The notes: generated by a model from the letters alone, not told the origin. DNA of 64,000 nt from Mytilus edulis (GCF_963676685.1 NC_092356.1:26412001-26476000), one strand, 5' to 3'. Positions 38,601 through 50,623 are shown, numbered from the stretch's first letter. Numbers and translations are program-made.

Positions 38601-39899
38601 AAAAAAAATTGAAAAGCATCAAACCATAGCGAATGAATATTCAAACTCATACATCGATGTTAAAAAACGCATGGCGACAAAAAGATACACCAGTACACAA
38701 AACTCAACAAAGAAAACTAAAAACAATACCACCAAAAGTCGGACAGAAAGGGTAAGCAGATCCTGCTCCACAAATGACACCCGTTTTGTTGTACATGTAA
38801 GTACAAATCCGATAATAAGTCTAACTCGGAAATCACAGAGGAAAAGACGATGGGATTGTTGTTACAACTATTGGAACATATCTGTCGTCATCTGTGAAAC
38901 AGATATTCAATATCGGTTAACCATCTCGTGATGACGTCCGCCAAAACTGCAAAGGGATGAATTCAACTTTATGGTTATCATGGTCATTCCGATTGTTTGT
39001 TGAAATATACGTCAACAAAATGTAACAAATATGTTTTCATTCTAGTATTCAAGCATCATTCTCAGAGATTTTTTAGTTTTAAACAGTGTGAATATTACAA
39101 AGTACGATTTACCCCCCCCCCCCTCCCAAGACAAGGAACTATATCTATGTCGGACTTTGTTTTAAACAAATAAAAAAAAAATCAATAGATTTTAAAAATC
39201 GATGCACAATCGATTGTGTATATTTTATCTGGTCATTTTAATGTTTAATGATTTTCCACTCCTGCGTAGTAATTCATGTGAACTCATCATAGACAGATTA
39301 ACACCACAATATTAAGTTTCCAACATCCTCTATGTATTTACGTACGGGTAAAGGAAACGTAAAAGACAGAACGGATGTCGAACGGACATCCAACGAACAA
39401 GTAACGACTTAACGTAAACATAATGGAAGCGTTCCGGATAAAACATATGAACAAGATCAGCGGAAAATAGAAATCAGCAATTCATATAAATGTACATGTA
39501 ATCATACACATGTATAATTATGATTATAATTCGGAGTTTAGTATGACGTCCATTATCACTGAACTAATCTACTAATTTGTCTAGGGGCCAGCTGAAGAAC
39601 GTCTCCGGTGCAGGAGTTTCTCGATGCATTGAAGACCCTTTGGTGGCCTTCGGCTGGTGTCTGCTCTGTGGTCGGGTTGTTGTCTCTTTGACACATTCCT
39701 CATTTCCATTCTCAATTTTACATATAATATTTAACCCTTTGTCATCTCCTTTCGACAGATTGTAGGTTTAAATTTGCAATATTTGAGTTCAGACTGGCCT
39801 GATTATGAGCTCCTTGATAGTGAATACGTGCTCTTACTCTTATATAAATCATGACTAATAAACATTCATGAAATTAAAAAAAAATTGTTATACCAATAA

Positions 39900-40380
39900 A
39901 TTCTGACGCGAAATTTTTCAATTGGCATTTATCCGTTTTACGTTCGGTACATATCCGTTGTATCCGTTATCCTTCCGTTCACATCCGTTTCTCATCCGTT
40001 CCTCATCAGTTTTATCCGTAATACGTAGGGTAGAAGTCCGTTGGTGAATTGATCTACTCGACATCCAACGTTTGTATAATGGACAAGTAACGGATACAAA
40101 CGGAAACAGAATAGACAAGTACCGTAAAAAACGGACGACTACCGGACGTTCAACGGACACCTAATCCGTTGGACATCTGTTCAAAGTTTTGAACATGCTC
40201 AAAATTATCAACCGGACAGGACCCACGTCGACGGATAAAATGGACGCTGAACGGACATAAAACGGATATTGACGGGCATCTTACGGCTAAGAACGGCGGG
40301 CGTGAAACAGCCATGAAGAGATTGAAAAAAGTTAACCGTTCTGCTTCTGTTCGCGCTACCCGGTAAGCTGTGAGGAGTTC
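39900..40380. mobile_element. Non-autonomous element rich in ACGGA/TCCGT motifs arranged as inverted arrays
   Basis: Many ATCCGT and ACGGAT/ACGGAC motifs on opposite halves; a related fragment lies at ~39330-39440. Superfamily not assignable. Confidence 0.45.
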
Positions 40381-41030
40381 TTTACAATTGTTGTCGACAT
40401 CTGTTAAGGTTGTTTCTGACGAGTTTCTGAAGCGATAAACAGTTTAATAAAGGACATATCAATGACCCTCGATCAATGTCTCGTTGAGCAGCGAGTGGGC
40501 AATTAACGTCAAATCAATATGGTCATTATGATTAACAATTGCATACCACTTATGCAAGAGAATTCAGAAAACACGCTTAGGACGCGTGAAATTAAAAATA
40601 TAGTTGTTTTTCATACACCAGCACTAGGTCGATAAGTGATTTCGTCCGATCAAAGCGGTTTTCTGGAATAAGCTTAATGCTCTCAAATTTTTGTTTTTGG
40701 GGTTATGAGCGTTCCTCCTTCGGGTAAATCCTTGAAAGAGCTTTGAGTGCATGAATTAAACAATGTTTTATTGTTCATTATGTCTACTATATAAAGGAAA
40801 ATTATTCTGAATATATTCGGAAAGACAAATCAAAATCTTAAGATAAATTATTCGCTTAATTCTGCGTTATTGATTTTCAAACTGGTGGTAAATATGCAAT
40901 TCTCTATTGAAGCTTGAATACCAAATGCACATTATTTTATAGTCTATTTGCCAAGACACGTTTTCTTCTTTTCTCATGAATTACACGATGTGAAATAACG
41001 TTAGTAAACGTAAAGTTAACAATGCAGTGT

Positions 41031-42957
41031 TCAATCAGTTTCGCATATAAACACTTTGCCAATTTGATAGCATGTAACAAGGAACTGGTTGATGTTTTTC
41101 TTGAAACGTATAACATATGGTCTTTTTATTCCTATACTACCAACTGGAATAATTCTTACCAGTTTACCATCCTTATCCAGTTGGTGTAAATTACTTGTAC
41201 CATTCCCACATATATAAACATTTCCATCTCGGTCTATGTCTATACCTCTCTGATTTGAAAATTTATCGCTTTTGTAAGTAAAGACTTTCGCATTATTTAC
41301 CATTTTAGATACCGATTTCCCGTCTGTGCAAATGTAATCTTTTCTGCTGTTTGCGTGAATGTAATAAGTGTCCCCATTTGTTGATGTTTGTTCAATTTTG
41401 GCACCAGAGGTAGCATTTATCCAGGTTAAAGTATTTTCATAAGCAAGAATAAATTCCCCATTGACATGGCAAAATCCATGAACGTAATAAAGCACTTCAA
41501 TTTTACGGCACTGAATCATTTTCTGTATATCAACAACAAACAATGTTTTATTTTCTGTTGACACAGCAGCCGTCGTGTCAGTCAATTGAACTATGTCAAA
41601 AGGTTTGTTTGGTAAACTCAGATCTGTGAGACAGCATCCGTTGTGGTTATATTTCAACACTTTCGATAACTTATGGTGGGTAAAGATAAGGTCACTGTTT
41701 ATAAAAATGCCACTTAGATATACATTATTTCCAGTGAGGTCAATAACTCTAATAACATTAATATTTCCCGTGTGAAAATTTACTGTTTTCCTAAACAAAA
41801 AATTCGGACAACTTGCGTCAGTTTCAATCACTTTAACAAGCCCTATAGCTGCGACTTTTTTCGAAAAATGTACAGCTATATCATTAGCTTCTAAAAAAAT
41901 GGAAACATTTTTCATTTCGCTTATACATTTCTTGAGTATATCACCAAAGTTGTCCTTATTTTCGTTTATTCTATTCATTTCTAACAAACACTGCAATTCG
42001 GAACCATGATGTAAACAGGTATCAAATATAGCAATCCAGTTATCAACAGTACTTTTCAGACTTTCGAGTTCTGCAGACTTTTCGAAAAGTTTCAGACCTA
42101 CTTCCTTTTTCGATTTGTTTATTTCGTCCTTTATTTGACCTTCAATAATGTTTAAATGCTTAACAATATTATCCTTTATAGTACTGACTTTTGTAAGAAT
42201 AACTTCAGCCTCTTTTTGGTAATCGGTCCTGAGGTCTTTCCTGTTTTGTATTAAATCGGATAGCTGTTTGCTAGTCTCTTTTAATTCTGTAGACAATTTC
42301 GTTGCTTTTTCTTATTTTTTTATACCTGAGACAGCCGCTTCGATTGTTACGACATCTTCGCATTTCCTGTGTAATAAAGTCGCGCATAATGTACATAAAG
42401 GTTTAGAATGATCAACGCAATAAGCCTGCACCACCTCTCCGTGGTGTTCTTCGCAATATATCAATGACGAAATGTTTTCTGTTTCCTTGTTAGCTACAAG
42501 GTCATTCAATAATATTATCGGGTGTTTTGCTGTCATCTGAAACGATTTGTGACATTGTTCAAAAGATTTACAAAACGCTTCTTCGCATACAATATACCAA
42601 GATAACGCTTTTTTAGTTTTGTTGTTCGCTTTGCAAGAGTCGCATATTTTTTTCGCTTCTTTTTAATGCTTGTCTATCCATCATCGAAGCAACAAAATGG
42701 TTACCTGGTAATTTTTCGGCCCAGGTCTCCGGATTACCTGTTGACTCTCCCATCAAAATATCCTGTCTACATATTGGACACTTAAACGTTGTTCCAATTT
42801 TCTCCTTGTCTACGGTAGACAGAATGTCAGTCTTGATGCATGTCTTGCAGAAAGTATGGAGACATGGTAAATATTTTGGACCTGAAAAGGTCTCCAAGCA
42901 TATGGTACACGTCAATAAATCATCGAAATTGTCTGCTTTGTCCTGTGCAGTCGCCAT
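41031..42957 (-). pseudogene. TRIM-like E3 ligase pseudogene (RING, B-boxes, coiled coil, NHL-like beta-propeller)
   Basis: Collinear with 46179-48113. It has a +1 frameshift in an A-run at ~42650, an in-frame TAA at 42312-42314, and two B-box1 Cys substitutions (WC>WY, ACE>SFE). Confidence 0.9.
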
Positions 42958-43138
42958 CTTTTATGACTGGACTTTAAAAACTTCCTTGTCATGCTAGATA
43001 AACATGTAGGTTATATACGATGTATGTTTAAATATACCAGGTAAACAATTTTAAATGCACTTAGCCGTTATGATATCATTTGAACTTATAATATCGTCAA
43101 CCGTACCAACAACAAAACAAACGACGACAGTTAATGAA

Positions 43139-44430
43139 TGCAGACCGATTATTTCTCAATGTAACCTCTGTCACCGAAAGGGTTACCAAATTTATTAATT
43201 ACTTTTTTATACCTATAGTTAAAAGACAGAACAGTTACATTAGAGATAGTGGGGATTTCATAAATAAAATAGAAAGTTTAAGGCCTGATCGGGATTGCCT
43301 CTTAGTTTCTTTTGACTGCACCAGCATGTATACAAACATGGAGTTCAATGAACTCATTCATTCTGTTGGACGGGCTTATAAGAGTGCAGTAAAAGAAGAT
43401 TATCCGATAAAACTACCTAGCTGTGAAACAATTAAATCGTTAGTAGCCACAGTGATGAAAAACAATTATTTTGAATTTAATGACCGATACTTTGTACAGA
43501 AAATAGGCGCTAGTATGGGAAGTAGATGCAGCCCAGAAATTTGTGATATTAGAGCATTCGAAGTTATCAATGAAATTATTGAAAAATATAAGTATAAAAA
43601 TAATATCTTATTTTACGGAAGGTATAGAGATGATGCGTTTATAATAGCTCATTCATCACGAGAAGAAGTTTCGGAGTTTTTTAAAATAGCAAATGATCAT
43701 CACCCTTTATTAAAGTTTACGTTTGAAATTTCAAACGAAGAAATTATCTTTCTCGATACAGTCGTACATAAAGGGTTGAGGTTCAGGAACACCGGTATCC
43801 TTGATATTAAGAGCTACACCAAACCTACAAATACGTTTCAATATTTAGATAGGACGTCTATGCATAACCCAACACTCTTCTCCGGATTTATAAAAGGGGA
43901 AGCTATTCGCCACCACCGAAACAACAGCAACACGCAAAATTTAAAAGATACTCTTTGTAAATTCAAAGGCCATCTTAAGCAAAGGGGATATAAGGACCTT
44001 GAAATACTTCGTAACTGTGAATCGGCTCTCAATATCGAACGACCAGAGTTACTCCGCTTTAAACAAGAATCTGACAAGCAGATACCACTAGTATTTGTAA
44101 CTAAATATCACTTCTCGTTAGGAAATATAAATAAAGCTTTACGAAAACATTATAAAAAACTAGTTCGCAATGCAAAATATAGGGAGCTATTTCCATAACC
44201 ACCAATGGTGGCGTATAGTAGACATCGGAACTTAAAAGAAATACTGACTAGATCGGTAGTCAAAGCTTAGTACAATATGAAGGATTGGGTCAGGACCCCT
44301 GATGAAGCACCCACCCTTCATATGAGCCACGGAATATTATAGAGTTTGTCCTATTCTGTACTGCAGAAACACGATGTGTTGGGTCCTGGAGAATAGGCAA
44401 ACGTGGCTGATAGATACTTCCAGACCTTCA
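43139..44430 (+). mobile_element. 5'-truncated Penelope-like element (PLE): RT + thumb, no C-terminal GIY-YIG, 3' hammerhead
   Basis: RPIISQCN (one frameshift), LVSFDCTSMYTN, QKIGASMGSRCSP, YGRYRDD, FLD, YTKPT..FQYL...S.H. A premature TAA lies at 44196-44198; reading on gives PPMVAYSRHRNLKEILTRSVVKA* ending at 44270. Confidence 0.9.
44291..44388 (+). ncRNA. PLE-associated type I hammerhead ribozyme with enlarged loop II
   Basis: Stem I CAGGACCC (44291-98) / GGGTCCTG (44381-88); core CTGATGA (44299-305); stem II GCA/TGC; GAAA (44366-69); stem III CAC-GAT-GTG; cleavage triplet GUU ending at 44380. Confidence 0.8.
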
Positions 44431-44610
44431 ACATGTCAAAGTACGGACTTTAATACGGAGCCTTGGCTCACACCGAACATAAAGCTATAACGTGCTCTGA
44501 AAATTGCAAGTTTAAAATCATTTAAACAGGAGATCAACGGTCTAATTAGATAAAACAAAAACGAGAAACACTTATGATAGTTATCAAAGGTACCAGGCTT
44601 ATAATTTAAT

Positions 44611-44655
44611 ACGCCAGACGCACGTTTCGTCTACACAAGACTCATCGGTGCCGCT
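44611..44655 (-). ncRNA. Degenerate hammerhead (core CCGATGA) in a retrozyme fragment (~44577-44700)
   Basis: Minus strand reads AGCGGCA-CCGATGA-GTC-TTGTGTA-GAC-GAAA-CGTGCG-TC-TGGCGT. Confidence 0.75.
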
Positions 44656-46178
44656 CAGATAAAAATAGTTAGAAACCCAAACAAGTACAAAGGACCCAGA
44701 ACCACATAAACAAACGAAAACCACTGAAAATCATGTTCCTGACGCAAACAAATGAAGCGGGATTAAACGTTTTGATATGTACCAACTTTTATCCTTACCT
44801 GAAAAAAAGTGTAAAATCACGATATAGACACACTATAAAATATCAATAAAAATGTTTAACTCAATTAAAAAAAACATGAATATGGAAGATAACAAAATCA
44901 TATATTGACCATGTTTTTGCTGACCATCATATAAAGGAAAATGTGAATCTATAGAAATCAACATTGTATATTAAGTAAATAGTCGTACGTGCAAATAAAT
45001 AAAAATGAATCGATAAAATAATCTAATTGATTCAAATTGTGTAAGTACTAAATAAGTCTCATTTTATCATATAATAATAAGATATATTAAGGCCCCTTGC
45101 TGTTTCATTTATTTCTTTGATTGTATGTTATCGTATTTTGTAATTTACTTCTTGTTTCAATGTGACGGAGTGTTTTTAAAATAAAGCATATTGTATTGTA
45201 TTGTTATACCTTGTTCGCAAATTACAAGGTATCACAACTCATTAATACGACATATTTTGAAATACCTTTAAATAATATTTGGACAAAATAATCAAACTGT
45301 ATCATAAATATGATTTGATAAAATATATAAATGATAATAACAAAATTATCTTTTCTCTTTTTTCCAATTTTATTTAATTTCCAAATTTCACTTCATTTGC
45401 TTAACTCTATACAAAGAGAGATAACTCAAGAATTTCTAGTGTAAAATTTGACATGTTTCAAAATTTCAATTGCTTAACTTTATATTAAGAGAGATAACTC
45501 AAAAACATTTCTAATGTAATTTTTGACATGTTACACTTGTATATAGTTTTGTTCATTTTGGTTTGATTTTTCCCTTTAGATTTTCTCTTTTTGAATAACT
45601 TTTCCCATTTCTCTGTTTACTTCAAAGTTATATAAATTATTGTTGTTTCAATACGCATGATACAATGAGATAAGACCACACTATTTATCTTGTGGTCAGT
45701 GATTAACAGCTGGACACTGGCATCAACAGATGATTGACATATTAGCCCCTCCTAAATGCCTATATATTTAGATTAATTACCATGTGATTTTATTTACATG
45801 AGTTCAGTATCAATGTACTCCCTGTTGCGATATGATAATGATTTTTGGATTTTTACAAACTGTGCAGAATAATACTTACTTCAAAATTATGTGATAAAAA
45901 AAATATCTTAATATAATCACTGCTAGACTGTAGTGCTACTTTAACGCAACTTAACCATTTTTCAATACAGCGAATTTGATTTTACAAGCTGAGATATATT
46001 TACAATGTAAAGTAAACATAATGTAGTTAAAACAACAAATTTTGTCAAATAAAAGACAAACCATTTATTGCTATGGCACAATAATTGATTAAAAAAAATC
46101 TTATTTTGTAACTTGTGTTACAGAAACTTAAACTGCTTTTAATGATAGTTTTAAAGACAATTTCATCTTTGAAATGTC

Positions 46179-48113
46179 TTAAGAAATTTCACAAAGTGCT
46201 ACTCTTCCCGTCCTAATACAAGTTACGAAAAACATTTTGCTGTTGTTTTTGAATCGAATTATCCAAGGTTCTTCTAATCCAATTGCTTTAGCGTCAAATG
46301 TACGAATTAGCTTGCCATCCTTTGAAAGTTGGTGTATGTTTTTTGAATTATATCCACAAATATATATGTTTTCATCACAATCCTTAGAAATACCTCTAGG
46401 CAATGCAAGTGTTTTATTGTTATATACCATTGTTTTATTTCTAGGTTTTGCAATGATTATTTCGTTTCGCCCATTTCCGCATATATAATCGTTTGTGCTG
46501 CCTGCCCAAACAAACCAACTTTCGCCGCTTGTTGTTTTTGTTTTTATTCGTGCTCCTGATGAGGCATTAATCCACGTGATACACGTATCGTTCACGCCAA
46601 TTAATGTACCGTCTGTGTATGCTATACCATAAATTACAGAATCAATGGTAAGTGTTTGTAATAAATTCATTTTCTTCATATCTATTATAAAAACGAACTG
46701 TTCTCCTGTCGACACCACGGCTCTTTGTTTGTCCGTCGGTGAAATGTCATAGGTTTGTTTAGGAAGAGCAAGTGTGCAAAGTGTGGATCCGTTTTGATTA
46801 AATTTTACCACCTTCGAGTCATTATACACGACAAACAATAATTCAGTCTCGAAGAATATTCCACTAGTATGACCAAATCGACATTGGAGTTGAATAGTTC
46901 GCAATAGTTTCACATATTCTGTTGGATAATTTAAAGATTGATTTACTTCTGATTGATGATAAGCACTATCTAATTTACTCTCGGAAATGCTTATGTGACC
47001 AAGAGAATTAATTTTATCTCGAAATTGCACGAAATCTTTGTCATCTGTGAAATTTATGGTCATATCCTGAATTTTAGAAATGTTTTGTGAAAAGTCCTTA
47101 TCGAAAGTTGCTTTGTTGCCAGAAATTTTGTTTATTTCAAACAGACATTGCTGATCAGAACCGTGTTTCAAACATGTTTCCGTTAGCGATATCCAGTTAA
47201 CTATTGTACTTTCGAGGCTTTCTAATTTTGCTGCATCATTTGATACGGCTAATTCTATCTGTTTTTTAGATTTTGATATTTCTGCATTAATTTTGTCTTC
47301 TTTTTCACTGATCTGTTTGAATAAATCTTGTCTAATACATTTAACTTTGTCCTGCATTTCGGATGCGTCATTTTTACATTTTGCTAACAGTTCTTTACGA
47401 TTCTTAATTAAGGCCTTTAATACTTCTCTCTTTTGTTTAAGATTTTCTACAAATTGTGCTGTTTGCTTAGAATCCTTGATACCTGAAGCTGCATTCTCAA
47501 TCGAAATTACTTCGTCACATTTTCTATGCGCTAACGTTGCACATAATGTACATAAGGGTTTACTATGTTGAACACAGTAAATCTTAATTATCTCTTCCGC
47601 ATGTTCTTCACAGCTTAGTATTGTTGAAATGTTCGACTTCTCATTTGTTGTTGAAAATTCTTTCAGTAATACTAACGGGTGTTTTGCACTAATCTTAAAG
47701 GATTTATGGCATATTTCGCACGCCTTGCAGAACGCCTCTTCGCATACTGGACACCACGACAATGCAAGTTCGGATTTATTGTTCAACTTACACGAATCAC
47801 ACATTTTTTCGCTTCTTTTAATTGCTTGTCTATCCATCATTGAAGCAACGAAATGGTTACCTGGTAGTTTTTCGGCCCAGGTCTCCGGTTGACCTGGTGA
47901 CTCTCCCATCAAAACATCCTGTCGACATATCGGACACTTAAACGTTGTTCCAATTTTCTCCTTGTCCAAGGTAGACAGAATGTAAGTGTTTATGCATGTC
48001 TTGCAGAACGTATGCAGACATGGTAAATATTTTGGTGTTGTAAAGGTCTCCAAACATATTGTACATGTCAATAAATCATCTAAAGTGTCTGTTTTGACCT
48101 GTGCAATCGCCAT
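46179..48113 (-). CDS. TRIM-like E3 ubiquitin ligase, 644 aa, single coding exon (RING, B-box1, B-box2, coiled coil, NHL-like beta-propeller)
   Basis: C3HC4 RING CTICL...LPCLHTFCKTC...CPICR; B-box1 CDSC...CPVCEEAFCKACEICH...H; B-box2 CEEH...CVQH...CTLC...HRKC; heptad-rich middle; C-terminal PRGISKDCDENIYIC-type repeats. Confidence 0.95.
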   Translation of the reverse strand: MAIAQVKTDTLDDLLTCTICLETFTTPKYLPCLHTFCKTCINTYILSTLDKEKIGTTFKCPICRQDVLMGESPGQPETWAEKLPGNHFVASMMDRQAIKRSEKMCDSCKLNNKSELALSWCPVCEEAFCKACEICHKSFKISAKHPLVLLKEFSTTNEKSNISTILSCEEHAEEIIKIYCVQHSKPLCTLCATLAHRKCDEVISIENAASGIKDSKQTAQFVENLKQKREVLKALIKNRKELLAKCKNDASEMQDKVKCIRQDLFKQISEKEDKINAEISKSKKQIELAVSNDAAKLESLESTIVNWISLTETCLKHGSDQQCLFEINKISGNKATFDKDFSQNISKIQDMTINFTDDKDFVQFRDKINSLGHISISESKLDSAYHQSEVNQSLNYPTEYVKLLRTIQLQCRFGHTSGIFFETELLFVVYNDSKVVKFNQNGSTLCTLALPKQTYDISPTDKQRAVVSTGEQFVFIIDMKKMNLLQTLTIDSVIYGIAYTDGTLIGVNDTCITWINASSGARIKTKTTSGESWFVWAGSTNDYICGNGRNEIIIAKPRNKTMVYNNKTLALPRGISKDCDENIYICGYNSKNIHQLSKDGKLIRTFDAKAIGLEEPWIIRFKNNSKMFFVTCIRTGRVALCEIS

Positions 48114-48327
48114 TTTAGATTGCTGGACTTTAAACGTCCTTGTAATGTTAGATTAACATGTAGGTTATCTACGATCTATATTTAGATATACCAGATAGAT
48201 AAACTTAAATGCACTAAGCTGATATCATTTGAATTCGTTATATCGCCAAAATGACCCTATAATAAAACCTTGTTTTTTTAAGATATATTTTCTTTTTGTA
48301 TCATATTATCCTTATTATGTAGGTAAT

Positions 48328-50584
48328 CTGGTAAAAAAAGATAGACAGCCTGAATGGTACAATAAAGAAATCTCATATGCAAGAAAAATGAGAGATAAAT
48401 ATCACTCACTGGGAATGTGGGCTGAATATAGATTCTGGAGAAACAGAACAAAACATGTTATTGATAAATCTAAACAGAAATATTATAATGATATGATAAA
48501 AGACTCAAAAGATTCTAAAACACTATGGAAATGTATTCACAGCCTAAATCCATCTAATCCATCAAAACCACATGAACTTATTACAACTGGAGACCATAAA
48601 ACAACCGATAATAAAGAAATTGCTAATACGTTCAATAATTATTTCACCTCATGTGTTGAAAAATTAAGGCATAGTAGGGCACCAATCAACTCAAATTTTA
48701 ATACTCTGACAAACTATGTACAAATGAAATTCTTGAAAAAAAGGCATAATAAATTCATCATTCATCCAGTAAAAGTTTCAGAACTATTTGCTGAAATAAC
48801 TAAACTAGATGTTAAGACATCTTCTGGTACTGACAATATAGGTCCTAAGATTTTAAAAACTTAGTGCTCCTTTCATAGCATCTTCCTTAACATACATTTT
48901 TAATCGAATGATTGATACTGGTATTTATCCATCTGTTTTAAAAAATGCCAAAGTAGCTCCAATTTTCAAATCTGGTGAAAAAAATGTAGCTAGCAATTAC
49001 AGACCAATATCTGTTTTGCCAACATTATCAAAATTAATTGAGAGACATGTATCAAAACATCTTTATAAATATTTAACAAAGTTTGATATTTTACACCCTT
49101 CCCAGTCTGGTTTTAGACCCAACCATTCATGTCAAACTGCCCTCATTAATATTATTGATAAATGGCTACACGAAATGAATAATGGAAATATCAATTTGGC
49201 AGTCCTCTTGGATTTTAAGAAAGCTTTTGATGTTGTTGATCATGAAATTCTATGTAAAAAACTTCTTATTTATGGCTTCCATGAAGATACTGTTAATTTT
49301 TTAAAATCATATTTGAGTGAAAGAACACAGCAAGTCCATATAAATAATCAGTTTTCTAATAAAAAGTTTATAAATTTTGGTGTTCCACAGGGCTCAATAC
49401 TTGGTCCCATTTTGTTTGTTTTGTTCATAAATGACCTTCCATTACACATTAAAAACTGCCATACAAACTTGTATGCTGATGACACAACTATGCATACATC
49501 AGGAAAGACTATTGGTGACATGCAATTAAAAGTACAAGATGATCTCCAATGTGTTGAAAAATGGTGTCATGAAAATAGCATGTTCATAAATTCAGATAAG
49601 ACGAAATGTATGGTTATAGGTACAAGAAAAAGGCTGCGTTTAAATCAAGCAGATCCAGTTCTAACTATTGAGAATAATATTCTTCAAAAATCATCAATTG
49701 AAAAACTTTTAGGTGTTAGAATTGACTCTAATCTGTCCTGGACAGGCCATATTAATTACTTATGTTCATCAATTTCATCAAGAATTTTTTTACTCTCTAA
49801 AATCAAGAAATTTCTAAATATTGATCTAAGAAAATTATTTTATAATGGTTATATTCTCCCACTGATAGATTATTGTTGTATTATTTGGAGTGGTTGTGCT
49901 AAAAATGAGCTAGTCAGAATAATAAAATTGCAAAAAAGGGCTGCAAGACTTATTTTAGATGCTGATCCACTTTCATCATCAGCTCCACTGTTTAAACAGC
50001 TTGGATGGATGACAGTTGAGAACAGAATCTCATACCACAAATCAGTTTTGATGCATAAATGTCTTAAGAATGAAGCCCCTGTATATCTCACTGAAAAGTT
50101 TAAAGAAATGCCAGAAATAAACCAATATTGTTTGAGAAATGCCTCTTGCAAAAATTTACAAGTTCCAAAAGCCAAAACAGAGCTTTATAAGAAATCTTTT
50201 ATATATTCAGGATCTATTTTATGGAATAACTTACCAATATCCCTGAAAAGATCAACCTCAAGTACAAGCTCATTCAAAAAAGATTTAAAAAATTACTTGA
50301 TGGAACATTACGAAGCTGTGCGTTTTTTTATATGCATAATAATTTTCACACACTTACTCAAACTTATGATATTGTTGATGCCAATACTATACATGTCATA
50401 TATGAATTTGTAACTTTTACCTGTTTTGAAAATTGTATATTTCATAACAATTTTTTATTTCATTATTCATGTATGTGTGTCTGTTTGATATTTTGTATTT
50501 GTTTGTTATATTTCATTGTATTTTATGAGGGCCTCAGGGAAGATTAGCTTTACAGCTAACTGTGTAACCCTCTTTAAATAAAGA

Positions 50585-50621
<37 letters not shown>
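48328..50621 (+). mobile_element. 5'-truncated non-LTR retrotransposon (CR1/L2-group LINE) ORF2 with 3' UTR and (TTA)n tail
   Basis: YRPISVLPTLSKLIER, QSGFR, LDFKKAFDVVDH, GVPQGSILGP, YADD. One frameshift in an A-run at ~48860 joins the two ORFs. No endonuclease domain remains. AATAAA is followed by (TTA)n at ~50585-50621. Confidence 0.95.

Positions 50622-50623
<2 letters not shown>

Noticed and set aside
46237-47892. Plus-strand ORFs overlapping the TRIM gene, and similar antisense ORFs at 41593, 42806, 43838, 49870 and 26539
   Set aside because: They are shadow frames of real coding sequence on the opposite strand with no recognisable motifs.
48850-48870. Programmed frameshift between the two LINE ORFs
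   Set aside because: It is a single extra base in an A-run within what is normally one continuous ORF2; mutation or sequencing error is more likely.
41031-50413. RT next to an effector-like gene as a retron or other prokaryotic defence system
   Set aside because: Both RTs are eukaryotic retrotransposon types (PLE and LINE), 5'-truncated and carrying frameshifts or stops.
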